Shown here piece by piece: positions 29,877-39,387 of a stretch of DNA of 64,000 nt; the stretch's first letter is position 1; each line of letters begins with the position of its first letter. Origin of the DNA: an uncultured Endomicrobiia bacterium (lineage in GTDB: Bacteria; Elusimicrobiota; Endomicrobiia; DTEH01); the NCBI GenBank assembly GCA_937936785.1, contig CALDDQ010000004.1, positions 66,801-130,800 of the forward strand. Direction: 5' to 3'. Below the pieces are notes generated by a model. The model did no database searches, was not told the origin of the DNA, and saw only the letters and a list, made by a program, of their open reading frames with translations. Both the position numbers and the translations under genes were made by a program.

Positions 29877-30914
29877 ATGATTAAAGATATGATACAGAAA
29901 ATTGTTAATAGAGAAAATTTATCTGAAAAGGATATGATAGAAGTTATGACAGAAATAATGTCAGGCCAGGCAACAGAATCGCAAATAGCATCGTTTATAA
30001 CTGCTTTAAGAATGAAAGGAGAAACTGTGGAAGAAATTACTGGTGCAGCAAAAGTTATGAAACAGTTTGCTACTCGTGTAGAAATTAAAAAACGAGTTTT
30101 AACAAATGTTAATTATGAAACAATTTTAGACACTTGTGGTACCGGCGGTGATTCAACTAAAACGTTTAACATTTCTACAGCGACTGCTTTTGTAGTATCA
30201 TCTTGTGATGTTTTAGTGGCGAAACATGGTAATAGGTCGGTATCTTCCTTATGTGGTTCTGCAGATGTCGTAGAACAACTCGGTATTAAGTTGGAGATAA
30301 CGAAAGATAAAGCAGAAAAATGTTTGTCAGAATTAGGAATAGTATTTTTATTTGCTCCGATTTGGCATAGTGCAATGAAATATGCGCTTGGTCCACGAAA
30401 ACAAATAGGTATTAGAACAATTTTTAACATTATAGGACCACTTACAAATCCTGCAGGTGCAAATGCACAAGTTTTAGGTGTTTATTCAAAAACTCTTTTA
30501 AAACCGATTGCTGAAGTATTAAAAAATTTAGGTTCTAAACATTCGTTTGTTGTTCATAGTGAAGATATGATGGACGAAATAAGTATTACTGGAAAAACTC
30601 ATATAGCAGAGTTAAAAAATGGTAGTATTTCGTTTTATGACATTGTCCCGGAGCAATTTGGTATAAAAAAATGTTCTATTGACGATTTGAAAGGTGCTGA
30701 TGCTAAAGAAAATGCAGAGATTATTTTAAGAATAGTTTCTGGTAAAGAGAATGGTCCAAAAATGGATGTTGTAATTTTAAATTCAGCATTTGCATTGGTT
30801 GCAGCAGGAAAGGTAAAAAGTATTGAGGAAGGTATAGTTTTAGCAAGAGATGTTATTAACAGAGGTTTGGTAATAGAAAAAATTAATATGTTAAAAGAAT
30901 ATACAAATGAATAA
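29877..30914 (+). CDS. trpD: Anthranilate phosphoribosyltransferase
   Basis: 'ILDTCGTGGDSTKTFNIST' and 'VAKHGNRSVSS' motifs. Confidence 0.9.
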   Translation: MIKDMIQKIVNRENLSEKDMIEVMTEIMSGQATESQIASFITALRMKGETVEEITGAAKVMKQFATRVEIKKRVLTNVNYETILDTCGTGGDSTKTFNISTATAFVVSSCDVLVAKHGNRSVSSLCGSADVVEQLGIKLEITKDKAEKCLSELGIVFLFAPIWHSAMKYALGPRKQIGIRTIFNIIGPLTNPAGANAQVLGVYSKTLLKPIAEVLKNLGSKHSFVVHSEDMMDEISITGKTHIAELKNGSISFYDIVPEQFGIKKCSIDDLKGADAKENAEIILRIVSGKENGPKMDVVILNSAFALVAAGKVKSIEEGIVLARDVINRGLVIEKINMLKEYTNE

Positions 30915-31698
30915 TTTGCATCCAGTATTAGATTCAATATTAGATAAAAAGAGGCATACTATTGCTCATAGAAAAACAATATTGCCAATAGGCAAAATTT
31001 TAAAAGATATTGAATTAAAAAAGAAAGAACATAGAAATTTTTTAAATTCAATAAAACAGGATAAAAAAATATCAATAATTGCAGAATGTAAACGTGCAAC
31101 GCCGTCTATGGGAATAATTAGAGAAAAATATAATTTAGAAAAGATTTTGTTAGAATATCAAAAAAATGATATAGCAGCTATTTCAATTTTAACCGAGGAA
31201 CATTTTTTTCACGGGGATTTATATCATTTATTTCAAGCTAAAAAAACAGTTTTTTTACCTGTGTTGAGAAAAGATTTTATAATTGATAAATATCAAATAT
31301 TTGAAAGTTTATTTTTTGGTGCTGATGCAATTTTGTTAATAAAAAAAATTTTAACTAAAAAAGAGATGTTAGAGTTTTATACAATTGCACGAGATTTAGG
31401 TTTAGAGGTTATCTTTGAAGTTACTAACAAAGATGAGATAGAAGAAGTTTTAGAACTAAATCCAAAAATTATAGGATTGAACAATCGTGATTTGGAAACA
31501 TTTGAAGTTGATGTCTATAAAACATTGAAATTAAGAAAATATGTTCCGGAAAATATTTGTTTAATTTCTGAAAGTGGAATAAAGTCTAAGTCGGATATGG
31601 AGTTGTTAAAAACTGCAAATGTAGATGCAGTTTTAATTGGAACACTTTTTATGCAGTCAAACAATATTACTCAAACAATAAATTCATTAAGAAATTAA
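30907..31698 (+). CDS. trpC: Indole-3-glycerol-phosphate synthase
   Basis: 'IIAECKRATPSMG', 'ISILTEEHFF.G' and 'GLNNRDLETFEVD' motifs. Confidence 0.9.
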   Translation: MNNLHPVLDSILDKKRHTIAHRKTILPIGKILKDIELKKKEHRNFLNSIKQDKKISIIAECKRATPSMGIIREKYNLEKILLEYQKNDIAAISILTEEHFFHGDLYHLFQAKKTVFLPVLRKDFIIDKYQIFESLFFGADAILLIKKILTKKEMLEFYTIARDLGLEVIFEVTNKDEIEEVLELNPKIIGLNNRDLETFEVDVYKTLKLRKYVPENICLISESGIKSKSDMELLKTANVDAVLIGTLFMQSNNITQTINSLRN

Positions 31699-31701
31699 TT
31701 T

Positions 31702-32394
31702 ATGGTAAAAGTAAAAATTTGTGGAATAACAAATAAAGAAGATGCTTTTTGGGCGTCAAGTTTAGGAGCAGATTTTATAGGGATAAATTTGTGCAAACAT
31801 TCTACAAGAAAGGTATCGCTAAAAACTGCAAAAGAAATTGTTAATTCATTACCAAAATATACTACAGCTGTATTAGTATTTGTTAATGAGAGAGAGGAAG
31901 ATATTGTTAAAATTGTAAATAAATTAAATGTTCAATATGTTCAGCTACATGGTGATGAGACAGAAGAGTTTTGTTCACAGTTAAAAATGAAGATTCCAAC
32001 AATAAAGATTATTAAAGTTATAAAAATAGTTTCAGATTTTACTGACGAAAATTTAGAAAAATCAACTATAATTAATGATTATGTAGAAAAGATAAAAAAT
32101 TTTGTCTCTAAAGTTGATTATATTTTATTTGATACATATATAGATAATAAAGAAGGTGGGACGGGAAAAGTTTTTGATTGGAATATATCTAAATTAGTGA
32201 AAGAAACTTTAGAAAAACAAAATTTTAAACTACAATTTTTTGTAGCAGGTGGACTTAATTCAGAAAATGTTAGTAAAGTTATAGAAGTTTTAGAACCGTT
32301 TGCGGTTGATGTTTCTTCTGGTATAGAGAGGTTACCAAGAAGGAAAGATTTTGAGCAAATGAAAAATTTTATAAGAAAGGTTAAAGGAAGTTAA
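31702..32394 (+). CDS. trpF: Phosphoribosylanthranilate isomerase
   Basis: 'VKVKICGITNKEDA' start and 'VQLHGDET'. Confidence 0.85.
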   Translation: MVKVKICGITNKEDAFWASSLGADFIGINLCKHSTRKVSLKTAKEIVNSLPKYTTAVLVFVNEREEDIVKIVNKLNVQYVQLHGDETEEFCSQLKMKIPTIKIIKVIKIVSDFTDENLEKSTIINDYVEKIKNFVSKVDYILFDTYIDNKEGGTGKVFDWNISKLVKETLEKQNFKLQFFVAGGLNSENVSKVIEVLEPFAVDVSSGIERLPRRKDFEQMKNFIRKVKGS

Positions 32395-32397
32395 GGT

Positions 32398-33213
32398 ATG
32401 ATTAAAAAAATAATTCTGTTGATAATTTTAATATTTTTATTTAACAAAAATATTGTTATTTCTAATAACGATATTGTGAAAAAACCAGTTGCTATAGTAG
32501 TAAAAGTAAGGGGTGAAACATATATTATTCGGAAAAAAGAAAAATTAAAAGCTAACATTTATATGCCATTATATATTCAGGATAAAATTCAAACAAAATC
32601 TGCTTCCACATTGGAACTAATTTTTGATAATGGTGTAAGTTTTAAGATTGAAGAAAATTGTGATATCGAGATAAAAATGATAACAACAACGGTTATGGAA
32701 GGAAAAAAACTTTCTTCAGTTGAATTAGAAATTGATGTTGATAATGGTGGTCTTTTAGTAGATGCAAAAACTATTGATAGTGAGTATAAATTAACTAAGA
32801 TGAAAGTTTATACTCCAACTGCGACTGCTGCAATACGTGGCACAGTGTTTTATACATTAGTCAAAGATGATGGTAGAACAGATTTAGCCGTATTTGAAGG
32901 AGAAGTTGAAGGATATGTTGGAAAGAAAGAAGAATTAGATGATTTAGATATTAAAACAAAAATTATAAAAAATCAGCAAACAAATATCACTGAACTAACA
33001 ACAGTTCCGCCAGTAGTATCTTTATCATCTGAAATGAAAGAGTATAGAGATACGGTGGTGAGAAAATTTGTTGAAGAAGTTCAATTATATAGAAAAAAAA
33101 TTGATACTTTAAAACAAAAAAGACAAGATTGGATAAACAAAAATAAGTCAGACTTTGAAAAAGATATAGAAGATAAGAAAAAGAATTTTAGAAAAAAATA
33201 TTTAAATGAATAA
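32398..33213 (+). CDS. FecR-domain secreted protein
   Basis: Signal peptide. 'TPTATAAIRGTVF' is a typical FecR-domain motif. Confidence 0.55.
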   Translation: MIKKIILLIILIFLFNKNIVISNNDIVKKPVAIVVKVRGETYIIRKKEKLKANIYMPLYIQDKIQTKSASTLELIFDNGVSFKIEENCDIEIKMITTTVMEGKKLSSVELEIDVDNGGLLVDAKTIDSEYKLTKMKVYTPTATAAIRGTVFYTLVKDDGRTDLAVFEGEVEGYVGKKEELDDLDIKTKIIKNQQTNITELTTVPPVVSLSSEMKEYRDTVVRKFVEEVQLYRKKIDTLKQKRQDWINKNKSDFEKDIEDKKKNFRKKYLNE

Positions 33214-33232
33214 ATAGAGCAGGAGATTAAAA

Positions 33233-33466
33233 ATGGATCAAAAAATAAAAGATAAAATTAAACAAAAACTTGAAGAAGTAAAACCGATGTTACAACGTGA
33301 TGGTGGAGATTTAGAATTAGTAGAAATTACTGATGATGGTGTTGTGAAAATAAAACTTATAGGGATGTGTGCTCATTGTGCAATGTCTACTATGACAGTA
33401 AAAATGGGAATAGAAAGTGTTTTAAAAAAAAGTTTTTCAGAAGTGAAATCAGTAGAAAATGTTTAA
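33233..33466 (+). CDS. NifU-like (Nfu C-terminal domain) Fe-S cluster scaffold protein
   Basis: 77 aa, with 'LQRDGGDLELVEI...IKLIGMCAHCAMST'. Confidence 0.8.
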   Translation: MDQKIKDKIKQKLEEVKPMLQRDGGDLELVEITDDGVVKIKLIGMCAHCAMSTMTVKMGIESVLKKSFSEVKSVENV

Positions 33467-34313
33467 AATTTGTTTTTATGACAAGCAACTGAATAAATAC
33501 TTTAAAAATTCTAAGATAAAAATTAAAATATTCTCTGTCCATTATGACTACATAAATTTAATTACACAAGACAATATAATAATAACAATTATAAAAGAAC
33601 ACTTACAGAATTTACCTTTTTCAAGTCATAGCATAGTTTTAGATAAAAAAAGTTTAACAGAAGATTTTGATTTTAGAGACAAGATAATTCTAAACGATAA
33701 AATATGCTTTAATAAAACAAAAATAATTTTTTTTAAAAGTAATATAATATTTGATTTACATGGTTCCAAAGCACAAAAATTGCCACAGATAAAAATAAAA
33801 AATTGTAATATAAACCGTCAGTTATTAAATTATTTTTTGAAGTGTTTAATTTTAAGAAAAAAGATGATTACGAGAAATACCTTAGTTTTAAGTATAAAAT
33901 TTTTCAATAATTTAAACATAGATAGTTACATAGAAACGATGATAAAAAAATTTATAGGTTTAGGGACAGGTTCAACGCCAGAATTTGACGATTTCATCTG
34001 TGGTGTATTGACTTCATTTTATATTTTTGATAAAACAAAATCCTTGTCGGAAAAAGGTAGAAGTAAGTTTATGCTAATAAAAAAAACATTAATTAAACAC
34101 AAAGAAAAAACAACTTTACTAAGTCAAAACTTTATCACACAAGTTTGTAATTCAAAATATCCTTTGTTAATAGTTAGATTTGTGGAAAGTTTGTTTAATA
34201 ATAATATTTGCAAATCAGAAAAAATTTTTAATTTAATTTTAAATAAAGGCAATAATTCTGGATGGTGGTTTTTGTATGGATTTTTAAAAACGATGAAATT
34301 AAAAAAAGTTTAA
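33459..34313 (+). CDS. Hypothetical protein, candidate DUF2877 (YlbF-like) family
   Basis: 284 aa. 'GLGTGSTPEFDDF' resembles the conserved Gly/Thr-Pro-x-GDD motif recalled for DUF2877. The gene sits directly upstream of an FdrA homolog. The call rests on genomic context plus a weak motif. Confidence 0.4.
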   Translation: MFKICFYDKQLNKYFKNSKIKIKIFSVHYDYINLITQDNIIITIIKEHLQNLPFSSHSIVLDKKSLTEDFDFRDKIILNDKICFNKTKIIFFKSNIIFDLHGSKAQKLPQIKIKNCNINRQLLNYFLKCLILRKKMITRNTLVLSIKFFNNLNIDSYIETMIKKFIGLGTGSTPEFDDFICGVLTSFYIFDKTKSLSEKGRSKFMLIKKTLIKHKEKTTLLSQNFITQVCNSKYPLLIVRFVESLFNNNICKSEKIFNLILNKGNNSGWWFLYGFLKTMKLKKV

Positions 34314-34328
34314 AAAGGATGATAAAAA

Positions 34329-35882
34329 ATGAAAAACATAATAAAACCAAATTGTTTTTATGATTCTATACTGTTGATGCAAATAGCCAGTGTTTTATCA
34401 AAACAATATTCAAGTGAAGTTACACTTATGATGGGAACGGATGCAAACAAATCTTTGTTAAGAGAGAGAAAAATGTTAACTTCAGATGGAGAAAAAGCTT
34501 CTGTTAACGATTTGATAATATGTTTTGATAAAAATGTTGATGAAAAAAAAGTTTTTGATACTATAGAAACTTTTTCAAAATCTTCTTCAAATCAAAAACA
34601 AGATTTAATTGTAGAAGACAAAATACCTCAGAATACAAACTTGATTTTAGTGTCTATTCCTGGCGAGTTTGTTTTTTATGAAGTTAAAAAAATAATAGAA
34701 GAATTTGTGTCGCAAGGAGAATCAGTTTTAGGACATAAACTTTGTATTTTTATATTTAGTGACAATGTTTCTATTGAGGAAGAAAAAGAACTAAAATTAT
34801 CAGCCTTAAAAAAAAATATTTTAATAATGGGACCGGATTGTGGAACAGCAGTTGTAAATGGTTTAGGATTAGGATTTTCAAACAATATCAGAACAATTTT
34901 TGATAATAACAATATTTCTAAACAAGGTATTGGAATAATTAGTGCAGGAGGTACAGGATTACAAGCAATAATGACTATGATACACAACTTTGGATATACC
35001 ATATCTCAGGCAATAGGTACAGGAAGTAGAGATTTGTCTGAAGAGGTTGGGGGTATAACATTTCTGGAAAGTATAAAATATTTGGAAAAAGATCCTTACA
35101 CTAAAACTATAATATTATTTTCAAAACCACCTTCGGAAAAAGTAGTAAAAAAAATAACTGAGTATATATCTAAAAATTGTAGAAAAATGTATGTTTTAAA
35201 CTTGTTAGGTTTAAATAAGAAACAAGAGGTTAAAAATATTTTTTTTGCACAAACTATGCAAGAAGCAGTTGTTAAAGCAATTAAAGTTATTAACCCAAAG
35301 TTTGAAATAAGAAATAAAATAACAGTATCAACATCTTTTTGGGTAAACAAATTAAAAAAAACTAACAGAAAATATGTCAGAGGATTATTTTCAGGAGGTT
35401 CTTTGTGTGAAGAAACTGCTATAGTGCTAAAAAAATATATTGGTGATGTTTATTCAAATATCCCTATTGAAAAAAATCATAAATTACCAAATCCGTGGAA
35501 AAGTTTTAAAAACACAATAATAGATTTAGGAGATGACATATTTACTCGTGGTAAACCACATCCAATGATAGATTTTACATTTAGAAAAGAAAGAATGATA
35601 GAAGAATCAAAAGATAAAGAAGTTGCTATAATAATTTTTGATTTAGTTTTAGGTTGGGGATCTAATATAGAACCAATAAAAGAAATAAGAGATACAATAA
35701 AACTATCCATAAAAAATTCAAATTCGCAGATACTATTTTGTGCAATAATTGTTGGTACAGAAAAAGATGTGCAAAATTATGCCAATATAGAGAGGCAGTT
35801 AAAAAAATTAGGTGTTATGACATTTAATTCTAATGTTACTATGTCAGAATTTGTAGGAAAAATTTTGCAGGATTTGGGGTAA
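34329..35882 (+). CDS. fdrA: FdrA-like protein (succinyl-CoA-synthetase-alpha-like CoA-binding fold)
   Basis: The N-terminus 'YDSILLMQIASVL' matches the FdrA family's DSV.LM signature, and the downstream segments are Gly-rich. Size is 517 aa. Confidence 0.75.
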   Translation: MKNIIKPNCFYDSILLMQIASVLSKQYSSEVTLMMGTDANKSLLRERKMLTSDGEKASVNDLIICFDKNVDEKKVFDTIETFSKSSSNQKQDLIVEDKIPQNTNLILVSIPGEFVFYEVKKIIEEFVSQGESVLGHKLCIFIFSDNVSIEEEKELKLSALKKNILIMGPDCGTAVVNGLGLGFSNNIRTIFDNNNISKQGIGIISAGGTGLQAIMTMIHNFGYTISQAIGTGSRDLSEEVGGITFLESIKYLEKDPYTKTIILFSKPPSEKVVKKITEYISKNCRKMYVLNLLGLNKKQEVKNIFFAQTMQEAVVKAIKVINPKFEIRNKITVSTSFWVNKLKKTNRKYVRGLFSGGSLCEETAIVLKKYIGDVYSNIPIEKNHKLPNPWKSFKNTIIDLGDDIFTRGKPHPMIDFTFRKERMIEESKDKEVAIIIFDLVLGWGSNIEPIKEIRDTIKLSIKNSNSQILFCAIIVGTEKDVQNYANIERQLKKLGVMTFNSNVTMSEFVGKILQDLG

Positions 35883-35915
35883 TTAAAATTATATTATCTA
35901 CAGGGAGCAAAAAAA

Positions 35916-37343
35916 ATGAAACAGTGTTCATCTACAAAACTTAAAGTTGCGAATTTAGGTGTGAGATGGTTTTATGAAAGTATTTTAAAACAAAAAAATA
36001 TTGATGTTGTTCATATAAACTGGTCTCCAAAAGGTAAGACAAAAAATGTTTATCGTTTATTGGACAAATTATATAAAAATAAAAATTTGCAAAAAAAGAT
36101 TGATGTTGCGAACAAAGTTGTAATTGACAAAATTTCTTCTTCAGCACCATTTTTAGTTGGTATAGAACAAGCATACAAAGTTGTTCCCGAGATGAATAAG
36201 TTTACAATTTTACATGCGGGACCACCAATAGAATATGAAAAAATGTGTGGTCCGATGAAAGGGGCAGTTTTAGGTGCACTTATGTATGAAGGAATAGCAA
36301 AAGATAAATTTGAAGCAGAAAAAATTGTTTTGAGTGGAAAAATTAAGTTTGACTCTTGTCATCATCATAATATGGTAGGACCAATGGCAGGGGTTGTTTC
36401 AGCTTCAATGCCAGTATGGATTTTAAAAAACTTAACTTTTAATAACTATGCTTATACAACACTTAACGAAGGTTTAGGGAAAGTATTACGTTTTGGTGCG
36501 TATAGTAAAGAAGTAATAAAACATCTTAAATGGATGGAAGAAATTTTATTTCCAGTTTTGAAAAAAGTTATAAAATTAATAACAAAAAAAAGTTATGGTA
36601 TAGATATAAAAACCATAACCGCTCAAGCATTAACTATGGGTGATGAGTGCCATAATAGAAATGTTGCAGCAACAAATTTGTTTTTAAAAGAAATATTACC
36701 CTATATGATAGAATTAAATCTAAACAAAAAGATATTTTTAGATATCATAAAATTTATTTCCTCAAACCCACATTTTTATTTAAATATTTCAATGCCTGCG
36801 TGCAAATGTAGCACAGATATTGTAGAAGGGATAAGATTTTCGTCAGTGATATATACAATGGCACGAAATGGAGTTAATTTTGGGATAAGAGTTTCCGGGT
36901 TACCAAAAAAATGGTTTGTTGCACCATCTGGTATGCCAAAAGGATTATATTTTAGCGGATATAAAGAATCTGATGGCAATCCTGATCTCGGTGATTCTAC
37001 AATTTCAGAAGTTGTTGGTATTGGAGCATTTGCAATGGCTTGTGCACCTGCGATTGTAAAGTTTGTTGGTGGTGTTGCAGATGATGCTAAAAAATATACT
37101 TTAGATATGTACAAAATTTGTATTGGTGAACATAAGAATTTTTTAATACCACAATTTAATTTTAGAGGAACACCGTTGGGAGTTGACATAATTAAGGTTT
37201 TAGAAACAGGGATTTCGCCCATAATAAATACCGGAATTGCACACAAAGAACCTGGAATAGGACAAATTGGTGCTGGGATACTTTCAGCTCCGATGGAATG
37301 TTTTATTACTGCATTTGAAGAATTTATGAACGAATATAGTTGA
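35916..37343 (+). CDS. DUF1116 (YlbE-like) protein
   Basis: 475 aa. The call comes from its position after fdrA, as in the E. coli fdrA–ylbE–ylbF cluster. No signature motif was confidently recalled. Confidence 0.55.
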   Translation: MKQCSSTKLKVANLGVRWFYESILKQKNIDVVHINWSPKGKTKNVYRLLDKLYKNKNLQKKIDVANKVVIDKISSSAPFLVGIEQAYKVVPEMNKFTILHAGPPIEYEKMCGPMKGAVLGALMYEGIAKDKFEAEKIVLSGKIKFDSCHHHNMVGPMAGVVSASMPVWILKNLTFNNYAYTTLNEGLGKVLRFGAYSKEVIKHLKWMEEILFPVLKKVIKLITKKSYGIDIKTITAQALTMGDECHNRNVAATNLFLKEILPYMIELNLNKKIFLDIIKFISSNPHFYLNISMPACKCSTDIVEGIRFSSVIYTMARNGVNFGIRVSGLPKKWFVAPSGMPKGLYFSGYKESDGNPDLGDSTISEVVGIGAFAMACAPAIVKFVGGVADDAKKYTLDMYKICIGEHKNFLIPQFNFRGTPLGVDIIKVLETGISPIINTGIAHKEPGIGQIGAGILSAPMECFITAFEEFMNEYS

Positions 37344-37478
37344 TAGTGTTTAGATAAATTATTATTTGAACTAAAAGGTTTGATTTTATTTTTAAGTTTT
37401 TTTTGCTAAAAAATATACGCAAATAAACTTTTATTATAAAAAATATTCTGAAAACATAAAAATAACATTAACCAAATA

Positions 37479-38864
37479 ATGGAGATAATTATGAAAGAAA
37501 AAAAGATATTGTTGTTAGAAAAAGAAATACCACAAAAGTGGTATAATATAACTGCTGATTTACCTGGTCAAATACCACCACCATTACATCCTGTAACAGG
37601 AGAACCTATTGGTCCACAAGATTTATCTAAAATATTTCCTATGGGTCTTATTATGCAGGAAGTTTCACAGGAAAGATGGATAGAAATACCTGATGAAATT
37701 TTAAGAGTATATAACATATGGCGGCCAACACCTTTAGTTCGCGCATATGAATTAGAAAAATTTTTAAATACACCTGCAAGAATATATTACAAAAACGAAA
37801 GTGTATCTCCAGCAGGAAGTCACAAACCCAACACAGCAGTTGCTCAAGCATATTATAACAAACAAGAAGGAGTGAAACGTTTAACTACAGAGACAGGCGC
37901 AGGACAATGGGGTTCATCATTAGCTTTTGCGTGTAACATTTTTGGATTACAATGTACAGTTTATATGGTAAAAGTTAGTTACCAGCAAAAACCGTTTCGT
38001 CGATCACTAATGCAAGTTTGGGGTGCGGAAGTTTTTGCTTCGCCTACGGAAAGAACCAATGCTGGAAAAAGTGTTTTGTCTAAAGATCCAAATTCACCTG
38101 GTAGTTTAGGTATTGCAATTTCTGAAGCTGTAGAAGATGCATCTACGCATGATGATACTAAATATACTTTAGGTAGTGTATTAAATCATGTAATGTTGCA
38201 TCAGACAATTGTAGGGCTTGAAGTTCAGAAACAATTATCAATTGCCGGTGAAAAACCGGATATTTTGATAGGTTGTGTTGGTGGAGGAAGTAACTTTAGT
38301 GGATTTATATTTCCCTTCGTTGCAGATAAAATTTTAGGTAAAAATAACATAAAATTTTTAGCTGTGGAACCTACTGCATGTCCTACATTAACAAAAGGAG
38401 AATATACTTACGATTATGGCGATTCTGTAGGTTTAGCCCCATTAATAAAGATGTATACTTTAGGTCACAACTTTATGCCAGCAAAAATTCATGCTGGTGG
38501 ATTAAGATATCATGGTGATTCTCCTCAATTATGTTTTTTAGTTAATAAAAAGGTTGTAGATGCAGTTGCGGTATCACAAAAACCAGTTTTTGATGCAGCA
38601 ATAATTTTTGCAAAAACTGAAGGTATAATACCTGCTCCTGAGTCAGCTCATGCAATAAGAGTCGCAATTGATGAAGCGTTGAAATGTAAACAAACTAAAG
38701 AAGAAAAATGTATTGTTTTTAATCTAAGTGGACATGGACATTTTGATCTATCTGCTTATGATCAATACATAGAGGGTAAATTGGAAGATTATGAGTATCC
38801 AGAACAAGAAATTAGGAAAAATTTAGAAGAAATTAAAAATATGGTTAAGAAAAAAGATTTTTAG
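37479..38864 (+). CDS. trpB: Tryptophan synthase beta-like protein, TrpB2 (long form)
   Basis: 461 aa with an extended N-terminus, the PLP-lysine motif '[14 protein letters not shown]', and 'GCVGGGSNF'. The true start may be the ATG at 37491. Confidence 0.88.
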   Translation: MEIIMKEKKILLLEKEIPQKWYNITADLPGQIPPPLHPVTGEPIGPQDLSKIFPMGLIMQEVSQERWIEIPDEILRVYNIWRPTPLVRAYELEKFLNTPARIYYKNESVSPAGSHKPNTAVAQAYYNKQEGVKRLTTETGAGQWGSSLAFACNIFGLQCTVYMVKVSYQQKPFRRSLMQVWGAEVFASPTERTNAGKSVLSKDPNSPGSLGIAISEAVEDASTHDDTKYTLGSVLNHVMLHQTIVGLEVQKQLSIAGEKPDILIGCVGGGSNFSGFIFPFVADKILGKNNIKFLAVEPTACPTLTKGEYTYDYGDSVGLAPLIKMYTLGHNFMPAKIHAGGLRYHGDSPQLCFLVNKKVVDAVAVSQKPVFDAAIIFAKTEGIIPAPESAHAIRVAIDEALKCKQTKEEKCIVFNLSGHGHFDLSAYDQYIEGKLEDYEYPEQEIRKNLEEIKNMVKKKDF

Positions 38865-38953
38865 ACAATGTTGCTTTTTCTAATAAGTTTTTGAACAAAA
38901 AATTTGTAAAAGGAATAAAAAATTGTAATGTGGAATATAAAAATTTAACAACA

Positions 38954-39379
38954 ATGAAAGATAAAGAGAAATTTATTAAAATGCTTAATTATGGATTAAA
39001 TTATGAATATACAGATTTTTTTACATATCGCAAAGAGTCTGCTATGATGCAAAAAAAGATTGTTTCTGGCGAAAAATTAGCCGATGAATTTATAAGGTTT
39101 AGCAACATGGAACTTCGACATGCGGATATTCTTTCCAACAAAATAGTAGAACTTGGTTTTGAACCTATTTGGCAGATGGAAAATATTTTTTATAATGATT
39201 CATTACGAGAAACTTTGTTAAGACATATTGAAAAAGAAAATTTAGCATATAAATTTTATACAGAATTACAAAAAATTAACACAGACCTAACTTTTGAAAT
39301 TGTAATAAAAGGAATTCAACAAGATGAAAAGGAACATTTGAACCGGTTAACAAATTTGTTTAAAAAAATAGGAAACTAA
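38954..39379 (+). CDS. Bacterioferritin-like (ferritin-like diiron) protein
   Basis: The two ExxH motifs 'MELRHAD' and 'DEKEHL' are spaced as in Bfr. An internal ATG was chosen as the start; the ORF as given in the track begins at 38891. Confidence 0.5.
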   Translation: MKDKEKFIKMLNYGLNYEYTDFFTYRKESAMMQKKIVSGEKLADEFIRFSNMELRHADILSNKIVELGFEPIWQMENIFYNDSLRETLLRHIEKENLAYKFYTELQKINTDLTFEIVIKGIQQDEKEHLNRLTNLFKKIGN

Positions 39380-39387
39380 AAAATCTG

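Noticed and set aside
37344-37478. Possible T-box or attenuator in the 135-bp TrpB2 leader
   Set aside because: No specifier/T-box consensus (AATTAGAGTGGTACCGCG-like) and no Trp-codon leader peptide were seen. The sequence is mostly A/T.
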